NCBI GenBank assembly: GCA_038204425.1
Contig: JBBRCZ010000002.1
Coordinates: forward strand, 96,001 to 160,000
DNA: 64,000 nucleotides
Reading direction: 5' to 3'
From: Spirochaetia bacterium
GTDB lineage: Bacteria; Spirochaetota; Spirochaetia; DSM-27196; Salinispiraceae
Shown here one piece after another: positions 45,618 to 57,011 of the stretch; position 1 is the stretch's first letter; the number at the start of each line of letters is the position of its first letter. Below the pieces are notes generated by a model. That model was not told where the DNA came from and did no database searches. It saw only the letters and a program-made list of their open reading frames with translations. The position numbers were made by a program, and so were the translations under genes.

Positions 45618-48600
45618 ATGCGCGATATACAAGACTTTGACAGCATTATGATAAAGCTCGCCAGCCCAGAACAAATTCGTTCTTGGAGCTATGGCGAGGT
45701 CAAGAAACCCGAAACTATTAATTACCGTACACTCAGACCCGAGTTTGAGGGTCTGTTTTGTGAACGAATATTTGGTACTACCAAAGAGTGGGAGTGCTAC
45801 TGTGGTAAGTTTAAGTCCATACGTTATAAGGGCGTAATTTGCGATCGCTGTGGCGTCGAAGTAACCCACTTTAAGGTTCGTCGTGAACGTATGGGCCACA
45901 TTGAGCTCGCAAGTCCAGTCTCTCACATTTGGTACTACCGATCTGTTCCAAGTCGCATGGGACTGTTGTTGGACCTTTCGATTGCAGCATTACGCAGTAT
46001 CCTCTATTACGAAAAATATATCGTCATAGACGCTGGCGACTCTGACCTCAAAAAGATGCAACTGCTGAGTGAGGAAGAGTTTATTGATGCCAAAGAACGC
46101 TATGGCATGTCTTTTACGGCCGGTATTGGTGCCGAAGCAATCAGAAATCTCTTGCAAAACATGGATTTGGACGAACTTTCTGCCAGCTTGCGTGCCCACA
46201 TGATAGAAAAAGGCGTCAAGTCAGACAAGCGCTTACTCAAGCGTATTGAAATTGTAGAAAACTTCCGTGACTCAAAGAACAAACCTGAGTGGATGATACT
46301 TGATGTTATTCCTGTAATCCCTCCAGAACTTAGACCTATGGTTCAGCTCGATGGTGGCCGATTTGCAACTTCCGACCTTAACGATCTCTATCGCCGCGTA
46401 ATTAACCGAAACAATCGTCTTAAACGACTAATGAATCTCAATGCTCCTGACATCATTATCCGCAACGAAAAACGCATGCTTCAGGAAGCAGTTGACGCAC
46501 TTTTTGACAACAGCAAGAAGAAGCGGGTTGTTAAGGGTGCCTCCAACAGACCACTTAAATCACTTTCGGATATGCTCAAGGGCAAGCAAGGCCGGTTCCG
46601 CCAGAACTTGCTTGGCAAGCGCGTTGACTATTCGGGCCGTTCGGTTATTGTGGTTGGACCAGAGCTTAAGCTTCATCAATGTGGCCTACCAACCAAGATG
46701 GCATTGGAGCTTTTTAAACCTTTTATTATGAAGAAGTTGGTCGAACGCCAAGTTGTTTACAACATTAAAAAGGCTAAGACATTAGTGGAACAAGAAACAG
46801 CCGAAGTTTTTGCCGTCTTGGACGACGTTGTGCGCGAACATCCTGTAATGCTCAACAGAGCGCCAACCTTGCACCGCTTGGGTATCCAAGCATTTGAACC
46901 GGTTTTGGTGGGTGGTAAGGCAATTAAGCTCCATCCGTTGGTCTGTCATGCATATAACGCTGACTTTGACGGTGACCAAATGGCTGTCCACGTGCCTCTT
47001 ACTCAGGCAGCGCAGATCGAATGTTGGACACTTATGCTCTCTAGCCGTAACTTGCTTAACCCCGCCAACGGCAAACCGGTAGTTTTTCCTTCTCAGGACA
47101 TGGTTTTAGGTATCAACTATCTAACCAGACATAGAGAAAAAACAAAGGGTGAGGGACGCTACTATTCTGGCCTTGATGAGGTAATGTACGCAATTCAGGC
47201 CAGAAGTCTTGACTATCAAGCCGTCATCAAAGTTCGTATTACCAATGACCGAATAGAAACCAAACCTGGCCACATAATTGACAACGATGGCAAATACCAA
47301 GAAACAACGGCCGGACGCTTGATCTTAAACGATACCTTGCCTCCGGAAGTAGGTTACGTCAATTATGCTATGGGTGACAAAGAGTTGCGCGCGCTTATTT
47401 CTCGCGTTTATGCGAAAGAGCGAGCCCACATAACGGTACTCATGCTCGACGCCATTAAAAACATGGGTTACCGCTATGCAACCATTTTTGGTGCAACAAT
47501 AGGTATAGAAGACATCAAGATTCCTGGTGAAAAAGTTGAGATGATTAGCAAGGCCAACGCTGACGTCGAAGGCATTCAAAAGCAGTATTTGCAAGGTCAT
47601 ATTACCACAGAAGAACGTTATAACCGCGTAGTTGAAGTATGGTCAAAAACCAACGAAGACCTGACTAACGTGATGATGAAGAAGCTTCAAGACGACAAGG
47701 GTGGTTTTAACCCGGTTTACATGATGGCTAACTCTGGCGCCCGCGGTAGCCGAAGCCAGATCCGTCAGTTGGCAGGTATGCGCGGTTTGATGGCCAAGCC
47801 CAGTGGCGACATTATTGAGCTGCCAATTAGATCTAACTTTAAAGAAGGTCTGTCGGTAATTGAGTTCTTTATTTCTACCAACGGTGCTCGTAAGGGCCTG
47901 GCCGATACGGCTCTTAAAACTGCTGACGCTGGTTACCTAACTAGGCGTCTGGTTGATATTGCGCAGGACGTTGTAGTTAATGAAGAAGACTGCGGTACCA
48001 TTAACGGTATTGAATATGCTGCCCTCAAAGACGGCGAAGAAGTAGTTGAACCATTGACCGAGCGAATTATTGGTCGTTACACCATTGAACCAGTCAAGAA
48101 TCCAATTTCTGGAGAACTGATTGTCGATATCAACGAAGAAATTACCGAAGAAAAGGCACAGTCAATTGAAGAAGCAGGCATTGAAAAGGTTCGTATTCGT
48201 ACCGTTTTGACCTGTGAATCCAAGTATGGCGTTTGTCAAAAATGTTATGGACGCAACCTTGCAACCAATAGAACAGTAAATATCGGAGAAGCGGTTGGTA
48301 TTATTGCCGCACAGTCAATTGGACAGCCAGGTACACAACTTACCATGCGTACCTTCCATATTGGTGGTGCAGCAACCAAGAGTGCCGAAGAAAACCGTAC
48401 CTATCTCAAATATCCTGTTATTGTTAAGAGCTTGCCAGAGAACATTATGGTTGAACGTGACGGTGGTTTGGTCTTTACGCGAAAAGGTTATTTATCAGTT
48501 AGTCGAATCTTGGAGGCCATTGAGATTGGTGCCAAGGATAAGCTTCTGATTCAGGACAACGACCGAATTCTTAAAGGACAGCCAATCTACACCCATAATG

Positions 48601-49910
48601 GTGAAGAAGTTATAGCCCGTGAAAATGCTTTTGCGATTATTCATCCTGACAAAAAACTCTATCTGGTTGGACAAGATCAGCGTGTAGAAATCAGAAACGG
48701 TGCCGAACTAAAAGTCGCTCTTGGTCAGGTAGTACCTGCCGATGATTCTCTGGCGATTTTTGACCCTTTTAGTGAGCCAATTCTGGCAGAGCGTTCTGGT
48801 TTTATTCACTTTGAGCAAATTGACCTCAAGACTACTCTGCGCGAAGAAGTTAACGAAGATACCGGCAACATCGAAAAGAAGATTGCAGACTCCAATATTG
48901 AGCAGTATCAGCCACGTATCATTATCAGAGACAAGGACGGCAAAGATCTCGCCTCGTACTTCTTGCCTGGTGGCGCTTACTTGTCAGTAGAAGATGGAGA
49001 GGAAATTAAAGCTGGTTCACCATTGGCTAAGATTCTTAAAGAGTCGGTTAAGACTCGTGACATCACCGGTGGTCTACCCCGTGTTGGAGAGCTTTTTGAG
49101 GCTCGTCGACCAAAGATGGCAACGGTACTTTCTGCGGTTAGTGGCAAGGTTCACTTTAAGGGTATTGCTAAGTCAAAGCGTATTCTAGAAGTAGAAGATG
49201 ACTTTGGCGGTTTGCATAAGCACTTAATATCCATGAGCAGACATCTTTTGGTGCGTGATGGTGACAGTGTTGATGCTGGCGAACCACTCTGCGATGGAGC
49301 CAAAGACCCACATGACGTTTTGCAAATTGCTGGTGAAAATGCACTGCAAGCCTTCCTGGTAAACGAAGTTCAGGAAGTTTACCGCCTCCAAGGTGTAGAA
49401 ATTAACGATAAGCACATCGGCGTTATTATTCGTCAAATGATGCGTAAGGTTGAAATTATCCAAGTTGGAGACACCAACTTTATATTTGGTCAACAGATCG
49501 ACAAGTATCGTTTTATGGAAGAAAATCGACGAGTTGTCAAAGAAGGTGGTCAACCTGCTATCGGTCGTCCACTCTTGCTTGGTATCACTCGCGCCAGCTT
49601 AAATATTGACAGCTTTATCTCCGCAGCTTCCTTCCAAGAAACAACCCGTGTGCTTACCAACGCCGCTATCGCAGGTAGCGTCGACAATCTACGTGGTTTG
49701 AAAGAAAACGTCATCATTGGTCACTTGATACCGGCTGGAACAGGCATGAAGGCCTGTCGCACCGTCAAGCTCTATGATGATACTACTGAGGATCTTGATG
49801 CTCATGTACAACAAATCGTAGAACAACGTCAGAGAGAGCGCAAAGCAGAACCCGCAATGCAAATTGACGAGAACGATTACGAAGATTATGAATCGGATGG
49901 CGTTCGCTGA
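45618..49910 (+). CDS. rpoC: RNA polymerase subunit beta'
   Basis: NADFDGDQM catalytic motif, [18 protein letters not shown]. Confidence 0.99.
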   Translation: MRDIQDFDSIMIKLASPEQIRSWSYGEVKKPETINYRTLRPEFEGLFCERIFGTTKEWECYCGKFKSIRYKGVICDRCGVEVTHFKVRRERMGHIELASPVSHIWYYRSVPSRMGLLLDLSIAALRSILYYEKYIVIDAGDSDLKKMQLLSEEEFIDAKERYGMSFTAGIGAEAIRNLLQNMDLDELSASLRAHMIEKGVKSDKRLLKRIEIVENFRDSKNKPEWMILDVIPVIPPELRPMVQLDGGRFATSDLNDLYRRVINRNNRLKRLMNLNAPDIIIRNEKRMLQEAVDALFDNSKKKRVVKGASNRPLKSLSDMLKGKQGRFRQNLLGKRVDYSGRSVIVVGPELKLHQCGLPTKMALELFKPFIMKKLVERQVVYNIKKAKTLVEQETAEVFAVLDDVVREHPVMLNRAPTLHRLGIQAFEPVLVGGKAIKLHPLVCHAYNADFDGDQMAVHVPLTQAAQIECWTLMLSSRNLLNPANGKPVVFPSQDMVLGINYLTRHREKTKGEGRYYSGLDEVMYAIQARSLDYQAVIKVRITNDRIETKPGHIIDNDGKYQETTAGRLILNDTLPPEVGYVNYAMGDKELRALISRVYAKERAHITVLMLDAIKNMGYRYATIFGATIGIEDIKIPGEKVEMISKANADVEGIQKQYLQGHITTEERYNRVVEVWSKTNEDLTNVMMKKLQDDKGGFNPVYMMANSGARGSRSQIRQLAGMRGLMAKPSGDIIELPIRSNFKEGLSVIEFFISTNGARKGLADTALKTADAGYLTRRLVDIAQDVVVNEEDCGTINGIEYAALKDGEEVVEPLTERIIGRYTIEPVKNPISGELIVDINEEITEEKAQSIEEAGIEKVRIRTVLTCESKYGVCQKCYGRNLATNRTVNIGEAVGIIAAQSIGQPGTQLTMRTFHIGGAATKSAEENRTYLKYPVIVKSLPENIMVERDGGLVFTRKGYLSVSRILEAIEIGAKDKLLIQDNDRILKGQPIYTHNGEEVIARENAFAIIHPDKKLYLVGQDQRVEIRNGAELKVALGQVVPADDSLAIFDPFSEPILAERSGFIHFEQIDLKTTLREEVNEDTGNIEKKIADSNIEQYQPRIIIRDKDGKDLASYFLPGGAYLSVEDGEEIKAGSPLAKILKESVKTRDITGGLPRVGELFEARRPKMATVLSAVSGKVHFKGIAKSKRILEVEDDFGGLHKHLISMSRHLLVRDGDSVDAGEPLCDGAKDPHDVLQIAGENALQAFLVNEVQEVYRLQGVEINDKHIGVIIRQMMRKVEIIQVGDTNFIFGQQIDKYRFMEENRRVVKEGGQPAIGRPLLLGITRASLNIDSFISAASFQETTRVLTNAAIAGSVDNLRGLKENVIIGHLIPAGTGMKACRTVKLYDDTTEDLDAHVQQIVEQRQRERKAEPAMQIDENDYEDYESDGVR

Positions 49911-49950
49911 TCGCCTACTTCCTGACAGCGCCGTATCATCCGATGCGGCG

Positions 49951-49980
49951 TTGACATGGAATGGACACCCGCTATATACT
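49951..49980 (+). promoter_or_regulatory. sigma70 promoter of rpsL-rpsG
   Basis: TTGACA-N18-TATACT. Confidence 0.7.
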
Positions 49981-50112
49981 TGGGTTTCTATCGGGAACAA
50001 CGTGCTGACTTTCTGAAAACTCCTCGGCGGTATGCCGGAGACGGAAAGGTTTTGTTACTGAGCCACCAAGAACCGCTTTTGCGGACTTATAAATTATAGG
50101 AGTCACTGGTAA

Positions 50113-50490
50113 ATGCCTACAATTAACCAGCTTATCCGACTTGGACGGAAGCGCACCGAAAATAAGACGAAATCTCCCGCCCTTCGTGGATGCCCTCAAC
50201 AACGTGGAGTTTGTACTCGCGTTATGACTGTAACACCAAAAAAACCTAACTCAGCTTTGAGAAAGGTAGCTCGTGTTCGCCTCGCTGCCAGTGGTATTGA
50301 AGTGACTGCCTACATCCCAGGTGTTGGCCATAATCTTCAGGAACACTCGGTGGTACTTATTCGCGGTGGTCGTGTAAAGGACCTTCCCGGTGTTCGTTAC
50401 CACATTGTTCGTGGTGCCAAGGATACCTTAGGTGTCGCAGACCGACGCAAGTCACGCTCCAAGTACGGAGCAAAACGGCCAAAGGCCTAA
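50113..50490 (+). CDS. rpsL: 30S ribosomal protein S12
   Basis: [30 protein letters not shown]. Confidence 0.99.
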   Translation: MPTINQLIRLGRKRTENKTKSPALRGCPQQRGVCTRVMTVTPKKPNSALRKVARVRLAASGIEVTAYIPGVGHNLQEHSVVLIRGGRVKDLPGVRYHIVRGAKDTLGVADRRKSRSKYGAKRPKA

Positions 50491-50526
50491 AGTCCGTCTC
50501 GGAAGAAAGACTTAGAGGAAACGTAA

Positions 50527-50997
50527 ATGCCCAGAAGAAGAGTACCGACCCGCAAAGAAATATTACCCGATGCACGTTTTAATAGCGTGCTGGTTGCAAA
50601 ATTTATCAGTCGTATGATGCTTGATGGCAAGCGTACTACCTCAGCAGGCATTCTTTATGAAGCCCTTGAGGGAGTAGAAAAGAAGATTGATACTTCGGTT
50701 CTTGACGCTTTTGTCAAAGCCGTTGAAAATGTAAAGCCCTTGGTTGAAGTTAAGAGTCGCCGCGTTGGTGGTTCTACCTACCAAGTGCCTGTTGAGATTC
50801 GTGACAGCCGTAGAGAGGCTCTTTCTATGAGATGGTTGATCCAAGCTGCACGTAAGCGCTCAGGCAAGTCTATGGCAGCAAAGCTGTCTTTGGAAATCTA
50901 TGACGCCTTCAATAACACTGGAACAGCGTTTAAGAAAAAAGAAGATACTCACCGCATGGCTGAGGCTAACAAGGCTTTTGCACACTACCGCTGGTAG
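50527..50997 (+). CDS. rpsG: 30S ribosomal protein S7
   Basis: [27 protein letters not shown]. Confidence 0.99.
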   Translation: MPRRRVPTRKEILPDARFNSVLVAKFISRMMLDGKRTTSAGILYEALEGVEKKIDTSVLDAFVKAVENVKPLVEVKSRRVGGSTYQVPVEIRDSRREALSMRWLIQAARKRSGKSMAAKLSLEIYDAFNNTGTAFKKKEDTHRMAEANKAFAHYRW

Positions 50998-51008
50998 TAA
51001 CCAAATAG

Positions 51009-51047
51009 AAATAAAAAAAGCTGCCCTTGAGGCAGCTTTTTTTATTT
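51009..51047. terminator. Bidirectional Rho-independent terminator
   Basis: AAATAAAAAAAGCTGCC-CTTGA-GGCAGCTTTTTTTATTT between convergent genes. Confidence 0.85.
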
Positions 51048-52975
51048 CATTGCTTCTTAGCTAGTAGTTCTTCTAAGCAGGCTTTGTTTTTTTGGTTAGT
51101 CGGACGTCTTCCTAGTCCATCATATTGATAGTCGATCAGGTCTTGATAGACCTTTAGAATTCCGTGTCGAACCATTTTAAGTGTAGAATTTATCATTCCC
51201 TCGGCCTCACTAAACGGTCGTGGAACAATGGCGAAAGTTACTGGACGCCACTGAGAAGGAAAGAGCTCTCGGTAGCTTGAGTCTTGATTGTACAGGCTAA
51301 ATTCTTTGATTATGAGCTCGAGTGCCGTCTCGGCATTTATGTCTTTGCTTTGGTCGGTGAGTTTTTCCACTATGGCTTCGATATCGACAGAAATCAGTGC
51401 GCTGGTATAGCGCTTGTGGTCACAGTAGAGCATACATTGGCTAATACAAGAACTTGTAGAAACCATTGCGTCTTCTATCTCTTCTGGACTATATTTTTCT
51501 CCATCTTCAAAGATGAGTAGCGCTTTTTCTCGACCTGAGACATGCAAAAAACCATCTTGGTCTACAAATCCAAGATCACCGGTATAGAGCCAATCGTCTC
51601 GGAGTGCCTGCTCAGTGGCTTGCTGATTGTAGAGGTAACCTTGCATTATGTTTTTGCCTCTCAAGCAAACCTGACCTTTTTTGCCTCTCTCAAGTATTTC
51701 TCCGGCATCGTTGCGAATCACACATTCAATTCCTGGCAGAATCATGCCCGAGGTTCCTAATTTATGCGCCCGGTGATTGTTGGTAGAAACCACAGGTGCA
51801 GCTTCGGTTAAGCCGTAGCCTTGGTAAACGGGTATCCCGATGGCCTTAAAAAACTCTTGTTGCTTTATGTCCAAGTGGGCGCCACCGCTTATACAAAAGC
51901 TAAGGTCTCCGCCAAAAATCGCGCGTACTTTTTTAAACACTAAGAGCTCAGCGATAGCAGCAGGAAACCAAGGCATAATTCTTTTGTACCAGATGGTTTT
52001 CTTAAAAACTGAGGCGTTCATGCGCACGCGAGCATCAATGCCGGCCCTAAAAAGCTTTAGCGCAAAGTTGCCTTTCTCTTTGACCCCGGCAACGATTCTG
52101 TTCATAAAATTGGCTGTTAGGGCCGGTACGGTTAACATCAGTTGAGGTTTGACTTCTTTCATGTTTATAGGAATATTGCGTAATAAACCCATCGCTCCGT
52201 TACGGGCGTCTACAAAACTTAACGAAAAATTTTTAATCAGGGCTGCATAGAGTGCTATGGTGTGTGCATAGGCATGATCAATCGGAAGAATTACAAACAT
52301 TCGAAGTCCACTACGAAGTGGAAAACCAGCAAGGCTAAAGTGCACGTCGTGAAAGTAATTTGCGTGGCTCAGCATAATGCCTTTTGGATTGCCCGTAGTG
52401 CCCGAGGTGTAGCTGACCGTCGCTGTATCACTTGGCTTTACCATGTCTGCGTAGCCCAGCACCGTGTTTATAGCTTCCGCAGAACTAAGAATTTCAAGAC
52501 CGTTTCTGAGCAGTTGATCGTAGCAATAGACACGTTCATACGATGCTTTCAGTTTTTCGAAGCCTTCATTTATTGGGTCTAGGTAAACGACAATCAAAGT
52601 TTTGCTCAGTTTGGCGGCGCTATGAATAACTTTATCAGCCGTTATCGCCGTACAAAAGACTATCTGCGCTTTTGAGTGTTGAAGCCTAAATGAGATTTCC
52701 TCGGCGCTCAGTTTAATTGACAAAGGAACAGAGAACTGGTGGCACAAGAACAACGCATTTTCGGCGATAACCCAAGCCGGCTTCCCTTCACTAACAATTG
52801 CTCCTGGGCCTTGCAGTCCGATGCTTCTGAGTGCAGCCGCAAGTTGCCGAACATGTGCTCTGGTCTGGCGATAACTTAAAGCTGTCCAACCATTGTCAAG
52901 TTTTTCTCGTAAATATGGTGCGTCTCCAAAATGTTGACAGGCGAAATCTAGCATTGCTGGGATTGTTTCGTTCAT
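51047..52975 (-). CDS. Long-chain fatty acid-CoA ligase (AMP-binding)
   Basis: YTSGTTGNPKG, QGYGLTE, TGDLG motifs. Start trimmed to MNETI. Confidence 0.92.
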   Translation of the reverse strand: MNETIPAMLDFACQHFGDAPYLREKLDNGWTALSYRQTRAHVRQLAAALRSIGLQGPGAIVSEGKPAWVIAENALFLCHQFSVPLSIKLSAEEISFRLQHSKAQIVFCTAITADKVIHSAAKLSKTLIVVYLDPINEGFEKLKASYERVYCYDQLLRNGLEILSSAEAINTVLGYADMVKPSDTATVSYTSGTTGNPKGIMLSHANYFHDVHFSLAGFPLRSGLRMFVILPIDHAYAHTIALYAALIKNFSLSFVDARNGAMGLLRNIPINMKEVKPQLMLTVPALTANFMNRIVAGVKEKGNFALKLFRAGIDARVRMNASVFKKTIWYKRIMPWFPAAIAELLVFKKVRAIFGGDLSFCISGGAHLDIKQQEFFKAIGIPVYQGYGLTEAAPVVSTNNHRAHKLGTSGMILPGIECVIRNDAGEILERGKKGQVCLRGKNIMQGYLYNQQATEQALRDDWLYTGDLGFVDQDGFLHVSGREKALLIFEDGEKYSPEEIEDAMVSTSSCISQCMLYCDHKRYTSALISVDIEAIVEKLTDQSKDINAETALELIIKEFSLYNQDSSYRELFPSQWRPVTFAIVPRPFSEAEGMINSTLKMVRHGILKVYQDLIDYQYDGLGRRPTNQKNKACLEELLAKKQ

Positions 52976-53096
52976 TAGTTTAGTATAGGCCGAGTTTCCT
53001 GCCTTGAGAACCCTCAACTTTTGTTGTTTTCACAATCTGCTTAGTAGGGGGCCGGCCGGCTTGTCTATTTTTTTTGGCTGCGTTAGTCTGCAAACT

Positions 53097-54095
53097 ATGA
53101 AGAAAGACTATGACTATGCATTGTTGATTGGACGTTTTCAACCTTTTCATCGGGGTCATTTTGCACTGTATCAGAAGGCCTGTTTACTTGCAGACAAAGT
53201 CATTGTTGTTATTGGGTCGCACCAACGAAGCAGCAGTCTTCTTGACCCTTGGACAAGTGAAGAACGCTGCAAGATGATAAGCCAACACTGCCGCACCATG
53301 CCACCTTCATTCCTGTTTATGCAGGATTCGGCCTACAATTTTCCTGAGTGGCGTCGGCGATTAAAAACTATGCTTAGAGCTCAGTTGCAATTAGATGGGG
53401 CTGACGAGAACGCCTCAGTTGTCGTACTCGGGCACCTTCGCGACCAGAGTAGCTACTATCTCAAATTTTTTGAACCCTGGCATTTCTACGCGGTCGCCGA
53501 GCAGGCTAACGGCTGCAACGCAAGTGACATAAGAAAAGCGCTTTTTGAAGCCAGGCTTGACGCTGTGGACTCAGAATTAGATGCAAACAATCTTGACTTT
53601 ATCAAACAATGGACCAACACAGACGCCTTTATGCGATTGGCCAATGAGTATCGAGATCTTGAAATAGCCAGCAGAAATCTACAAGCTAAAACAAGTGAGC
53701 AACGCTCGGTTTTGGCTTGCCTTGTCTATCGTGATTTTGTGGTCCTTGAGCATCGCGACACACACCCGGGCAAGGGGCAATTTGCCTTACCAGAAAAGAT
53801 CTTGGATGACACTCAAGAACCAAACCAAGAAGTGTCACAATTGTTCAAAGAACTGGACCAAGATGTTGGAGCAGCAGGCGTGCAACACTCCAATCACGCA
53901 GTTTTTGACCAGCTCAGGCGAGACCCGCGTGGCAAGTTAACGAGCTATGCTGATTGTTGGCTGCTAGAGGCTAGGCCGCAACTATCAAATCCCAAGTTTT
54001 TTTGCTATGATTTGGCGCTTTTGAACGAACAAACTGCGCTATTTGCGTCAGATCATGCCCAGATTATTCAGTATTTTCTTAATCGCCTAAGCTAG
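53097..54095 (+). CDS. nadM: NMN adenylyltransferase with C-terminal Nudix-like domain (NadM-Nudix)
   Basis: IGRFQPFHRGH, SSYYLKFF, ASDIR, RDPRG, DHAQII motifs. Confidence 0.8.
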   Translation: MKKDYDYALLIGRFQPFHRGHFALYQKACLLADKVIVVIGSHQRSSSLLDPWTSEERCKMISQHCRTMPPSFLFMQDSAYNFPEWRRRLKTMLRAQLQLDGADENASVVVLGHLRDQSSYYLKFFEPWHFYAVAEQANGCNASDIRKALFEARLDAVDSELDANNLDFIKQWTNTDAFMRLANEYRDLEIASRNLQAKTSEQRSVLACLVYRDFVVLEHRDTHPGKGQFALPEKILDDTQEPNQEVSQLFKELDQDVGAAGVQHSNHAVFDQLRRDPRGKLTSYADCWLLEARPQLSNPKFFCYDLALLNEQTALFASDHAQIIQYFLNRLS

Positions 54096-54123
54096 TAGCA
54101 AGACACTTTAAGGAGAAATATAG

Positions 54124-56127
54124 GTGGCAAAGCTCAAGATCATGTTGGCACAGATGCGGGTGGTTCCTGCTGATATAGAGGCCAATCTTAAACAGATGAA
54201 CAAGTACATCAACTTTGCCAAACATCATCGTGCTGATGCTCTAGTTTTCCCCGAGATGTGTGTTGCTGGCTACCTGCTGGGCGATAAGTGGGCTGATGAT
54301 GAGTTTTGCTTTGAATTGGAGCAAGCCAACCAGGTTATTCGTCAACAAAGCGACGGAATGTTATTGATCTGGGGTAACTTGCAGTTAGATCGGCAAAGGC
54401 GAAACCGTGATGGACGGGTGCGTAAGTACAATGCCTTACATGCCTACGTTAATCAGCAAGCACTAAAGCGTAGCTCTAATTATGGTCCTGACTTTGCTAT
54501 TAAAACCTTACAACCCAATTACCGCTTTTTTGATGATGATAGACATTTTTTTTCTCTTTTGGACCTTGCATTGGAAGAGGGTGTCGGGCTTGAACAAATT
54601 CTTAGCCCATTTATCTGGCACAGCAGATTGGGGCCCGTAGGGCTTGGGCTGGAAATTTGTGAAGACCTTTGGTCAAGCGACTACCGCAAGGACATGCAAG
54701 AACTCAGCATTAGCCGCTTGCTCAGAGACGCCGGCGCCGATTTGATTATCAATGCATCCGCAAGTCCCTGGACGCCCAATAAAAACGAAGCTAGACACCG
54801 ACACGTCGCCAGAACCTTTGAGCATGGTGGCATTCCCTTTTTGTACGTCAACAATGTTGGCACACAAAACAACGGCAAAAATATCATTACCTTTGATGGA
54901 TGCTCCGCAGTTTACGGCTACTCCGGGGATCTGGTTTTGCAAGCCCAAAATGCCTATCAAGAAGCCATATTGACGGTGGAATACCAAAAAAAAAATGATA
55001 GCCTAGCCGGAGCGTGTTTAACCACTTTTGAAGGACAAGAGCTTGATTTTGGACATGCGCAGACACAGCACGATGCGCAGCAGCAATCCCAACTGCGGCC
55101 AGCAGCAAATACCAATGACGATAGTCTAGACCCAGCAAGTGCTCATTTTTTGGCTGCCTTGGAAGCTATCAGAATGTTTGACACACTGATGGATTCGGCA
55201 AGTTTTCCTTGGATCATAGGCCTCTCAGGCGGTGTCGACAGTGCAGTTGTGGCCTGCCTCTTGCAGGCTGCGGTTGGACCAAAGAGGGTAATTGCTGTCA
55301 ATATGCCTAGCAAGTTTAATTCTAACACCAGCAAGGGTTTTGCGAAGAGCATCGCTCAATCGCTAGCTATTGAGCTGATTGAGCTGCCCATTGAGGCTTT
55401 GGTCTCGGCTAATTGCGACTCACTTATGCAATTTAAGCCAAGTTCGTTTGACCTTGAGAACCTACAGGCCAAAGTGAGGGGAACGTCAATTCTGTCAAAT
55501 ATTGCGGCCATACATGGTGGTTTGATGACCAACAATGGAAACAAAGTCGAGTTTGCCTTGGGCTATGCCACCTTGTATGGCGACGTCAATGGCGCACTAG
55601 CTCCTATTGGTGACCTTCTAAAGACCGAAGTATTCCAACTTGCACGTTACCTTAACAAAAAGGCCGCAAAGGCGGTCATTCCGCTCGAGATTCTGCCTGA
55701 CGAGCAGTTTAACTTTGCTTTTGCTCCAAGCGCGGAACTGAGATCCAATCAAGTTGATCCAATGAAATGGGGCTACCACGATCAACTTTTGCATGCCCTC
55801 TGTAAGTTCCAACGATTTTCTCCCGAAAAAGCGATAGAACGATGGCTGGACAATAGTCTGTGGGACTTTCTAGAGATTGACCCGGCCTTAGCCAAGCGCT
55901 ATCAGCTTGACCACGCACAGATTTTTGTCGACGATCTCGAATGGTTTATGAAACTATTTTACCGAGGTGTGTTTAAGAGAATACAAGCGCCACCAATTGT
56001 GGTTATGAGCAGGTCGGCCTTTGGCTTTGACTTTAGAGAGAGTCAGCTGCCTTGGCGTCCTAGCCAGCGCTACCAATTGTTAAAAAAAGCAGCTCTTGAT
56101 GAATCTTTGCACCAAATAGTCTTATAA
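54124..56127 (+). CDS. nadE: Glutamine-dependent NAD+ synthetase
   Basis: Nitrilase domain (FPEM, FDDDRHF, CEDLW) plus GLSGGVDS, GYATLYGD, PSAEL. Confidence 0.93.
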   Translation: MAKLKIMLAQMRVVPADIEANLKQMNKYINFAKHHRADALVFPEMCVAGYLLGDKWADDEFCFELEQANQVIRQQSDGMLLIWGNLQLDRQRRNRDGRVRKYNALHAYVNQQALKRSSNYGPDFAIKTLQPNYRFFDDDRHFFSLLDLALEEGVGLEQILSPFIWHSRLGPVGLGLEICEDLWSSDYRKDMQELSISRLLRDAGADLIINASASPWTPNKNEARHRHVARTFEHGGIPFLYVNNVGTQNNGKNIITFDGCSAVYGYSGDLVLQAQNAYQEAILTVEYQKKNDSLAGACLTTFEGQELDFGHAQTQHDAQQQSQLRPAANTNDDSLDPASAHFLAALEAIRMFDTLMDSASFPWIIGLSGGVDSAVVACLLQAAVGPKRVIAVNMPSKFNSNTSKGFAKSIAQSLAIELIELPIEALVSANCDSLMQFKPSSFDLENLQAKVRGTSILSNIAAIHGGLMTNNGNKVEFALGYATLYGDVNGALAPIGDLLKTEVFQLARYLNKKAAKAVIPLEILPDEQFNFAFAPSAELRSNQVDPMKWGYHDQLLHALCKFQRFSPEKAIERWLDNSLWDFLEIDPALAKRYQLDHAQIFVDDLEWFMKLFYRGVFKRIQAPPIVVMSRSAFGFDFRESQLPWRPSQRYQLLKKAALDESLHQIVL

Positions 56128-56134
56128 TAAAAGT

Positions 56135-56875
56135 ATGAAAAAGCGCCCATTGCTCATAATCTTTCTTTCTATTGCGATGTTTTTGTCTCCTTTGGGAGTG
56201 TTGCTGCAGCTTATTGTGCTATACAAGATACCGATTACCTATCTGCAGGCTGTTTTTACGCCTGAATTGTGGAACTGGCAAGTCGTCCTAGTAACGCTTG
56301 TCACGCCATTAGTTGGCCTGTGCGTCTGGTCAGTCAAGAAATGGGCCTACTATATTTTACTTGGATTCGCTGGGCTATCTTTACTCAATAACGTAATTTT
56401 GTACGCGAGTGGTGCAGGCTTTAAGAATTTGCTAATTAACGCTGCCTTTAACGCGGCCTTGATTGCTATAGTTTTGATCTTTGTGCGCAAAGAAGTCAGC
56501 GCACCCTATTTTAATCCCAATATGCGTTGGTGGGAGCAAGCACGCCGCTATGAGACTCATAATATTCGCATTGAGGCCCGCAAGCCAGACAGTCGACAAC
56601 TGCTCTTTGAGGCTCTTTCGTTTGATATTTCGGAACATGGTGCTTACGTGCTGTGCAGTCAGCAGGTCAAAAATGACGAAATATTTGACCTAGAAATGCA
56701 CAGTCAGCAAAGTCAAACCATTGGTCTCAAAGCAAAGATTGTTTGGGCACACACCGACAAAGACGGCTATCCAGAGGGCTTCGGCTGCCGATTTATATTT
56801 GACAAGCCAAATACCAAGCAACAAATTAGAACCTTAATCAAACAGGTTAAGGAAAAAGTTAGCAAGCATTCCTGA
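56135..56875 (+). CDS. Membrane protein with C-terminal PilZ domain
   Basis: About four TM segments; YFNPNMRWWEQARRY and DISEHG motifs. Confidence 0.8.
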   Translation: MKKRPLLIIFLSIAMFLSPLGVLLQLIVLYKIPITYLQAVFTPELWNWQVVLVTLVTPLVGLCVWSVKKWAYYILLGFAGLSLLNNVILYASGAGFKNLLINAAFNAALIAIVLIFVRKEVSAPYFNPNMRWWEQARRYETHNIRIEARKPDSRQLLFEALSFDISEHGAYVLCSQQVKNDEIFDLEMHSQQSQTIGLKAKIVWAHTDKDGYPEGFGCRFIFDKPNTKQQIRTLIKQVKEKVSKHS

Positions 56876-57011
56876 ACTGCTACGGTTTTGTGCCGATAAT
56901 TTTATGAGAAACAAAAGTGTCGATGCACCGACTCTGACGCAGACTTACGCTGATACCAACAGACCGTGAAGCAAGTTCGGAGAAAATTTTTGATCAAGTG
57001 ACGGTAATAAA

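Noticed and set aside
41547..50000. Long antisense ORFs over rplL/rpoB/rpoC (e.g. 41547-42170, 44683-45375)
   Set aside because: Shadow frames of conserved, codon-biased genes with no independent signals.
50998..51047. fusA/tuf missing after rpsG
   Set aside because: A known arrangement in spirochaetes such as Borrelia and Treponema; not novel.
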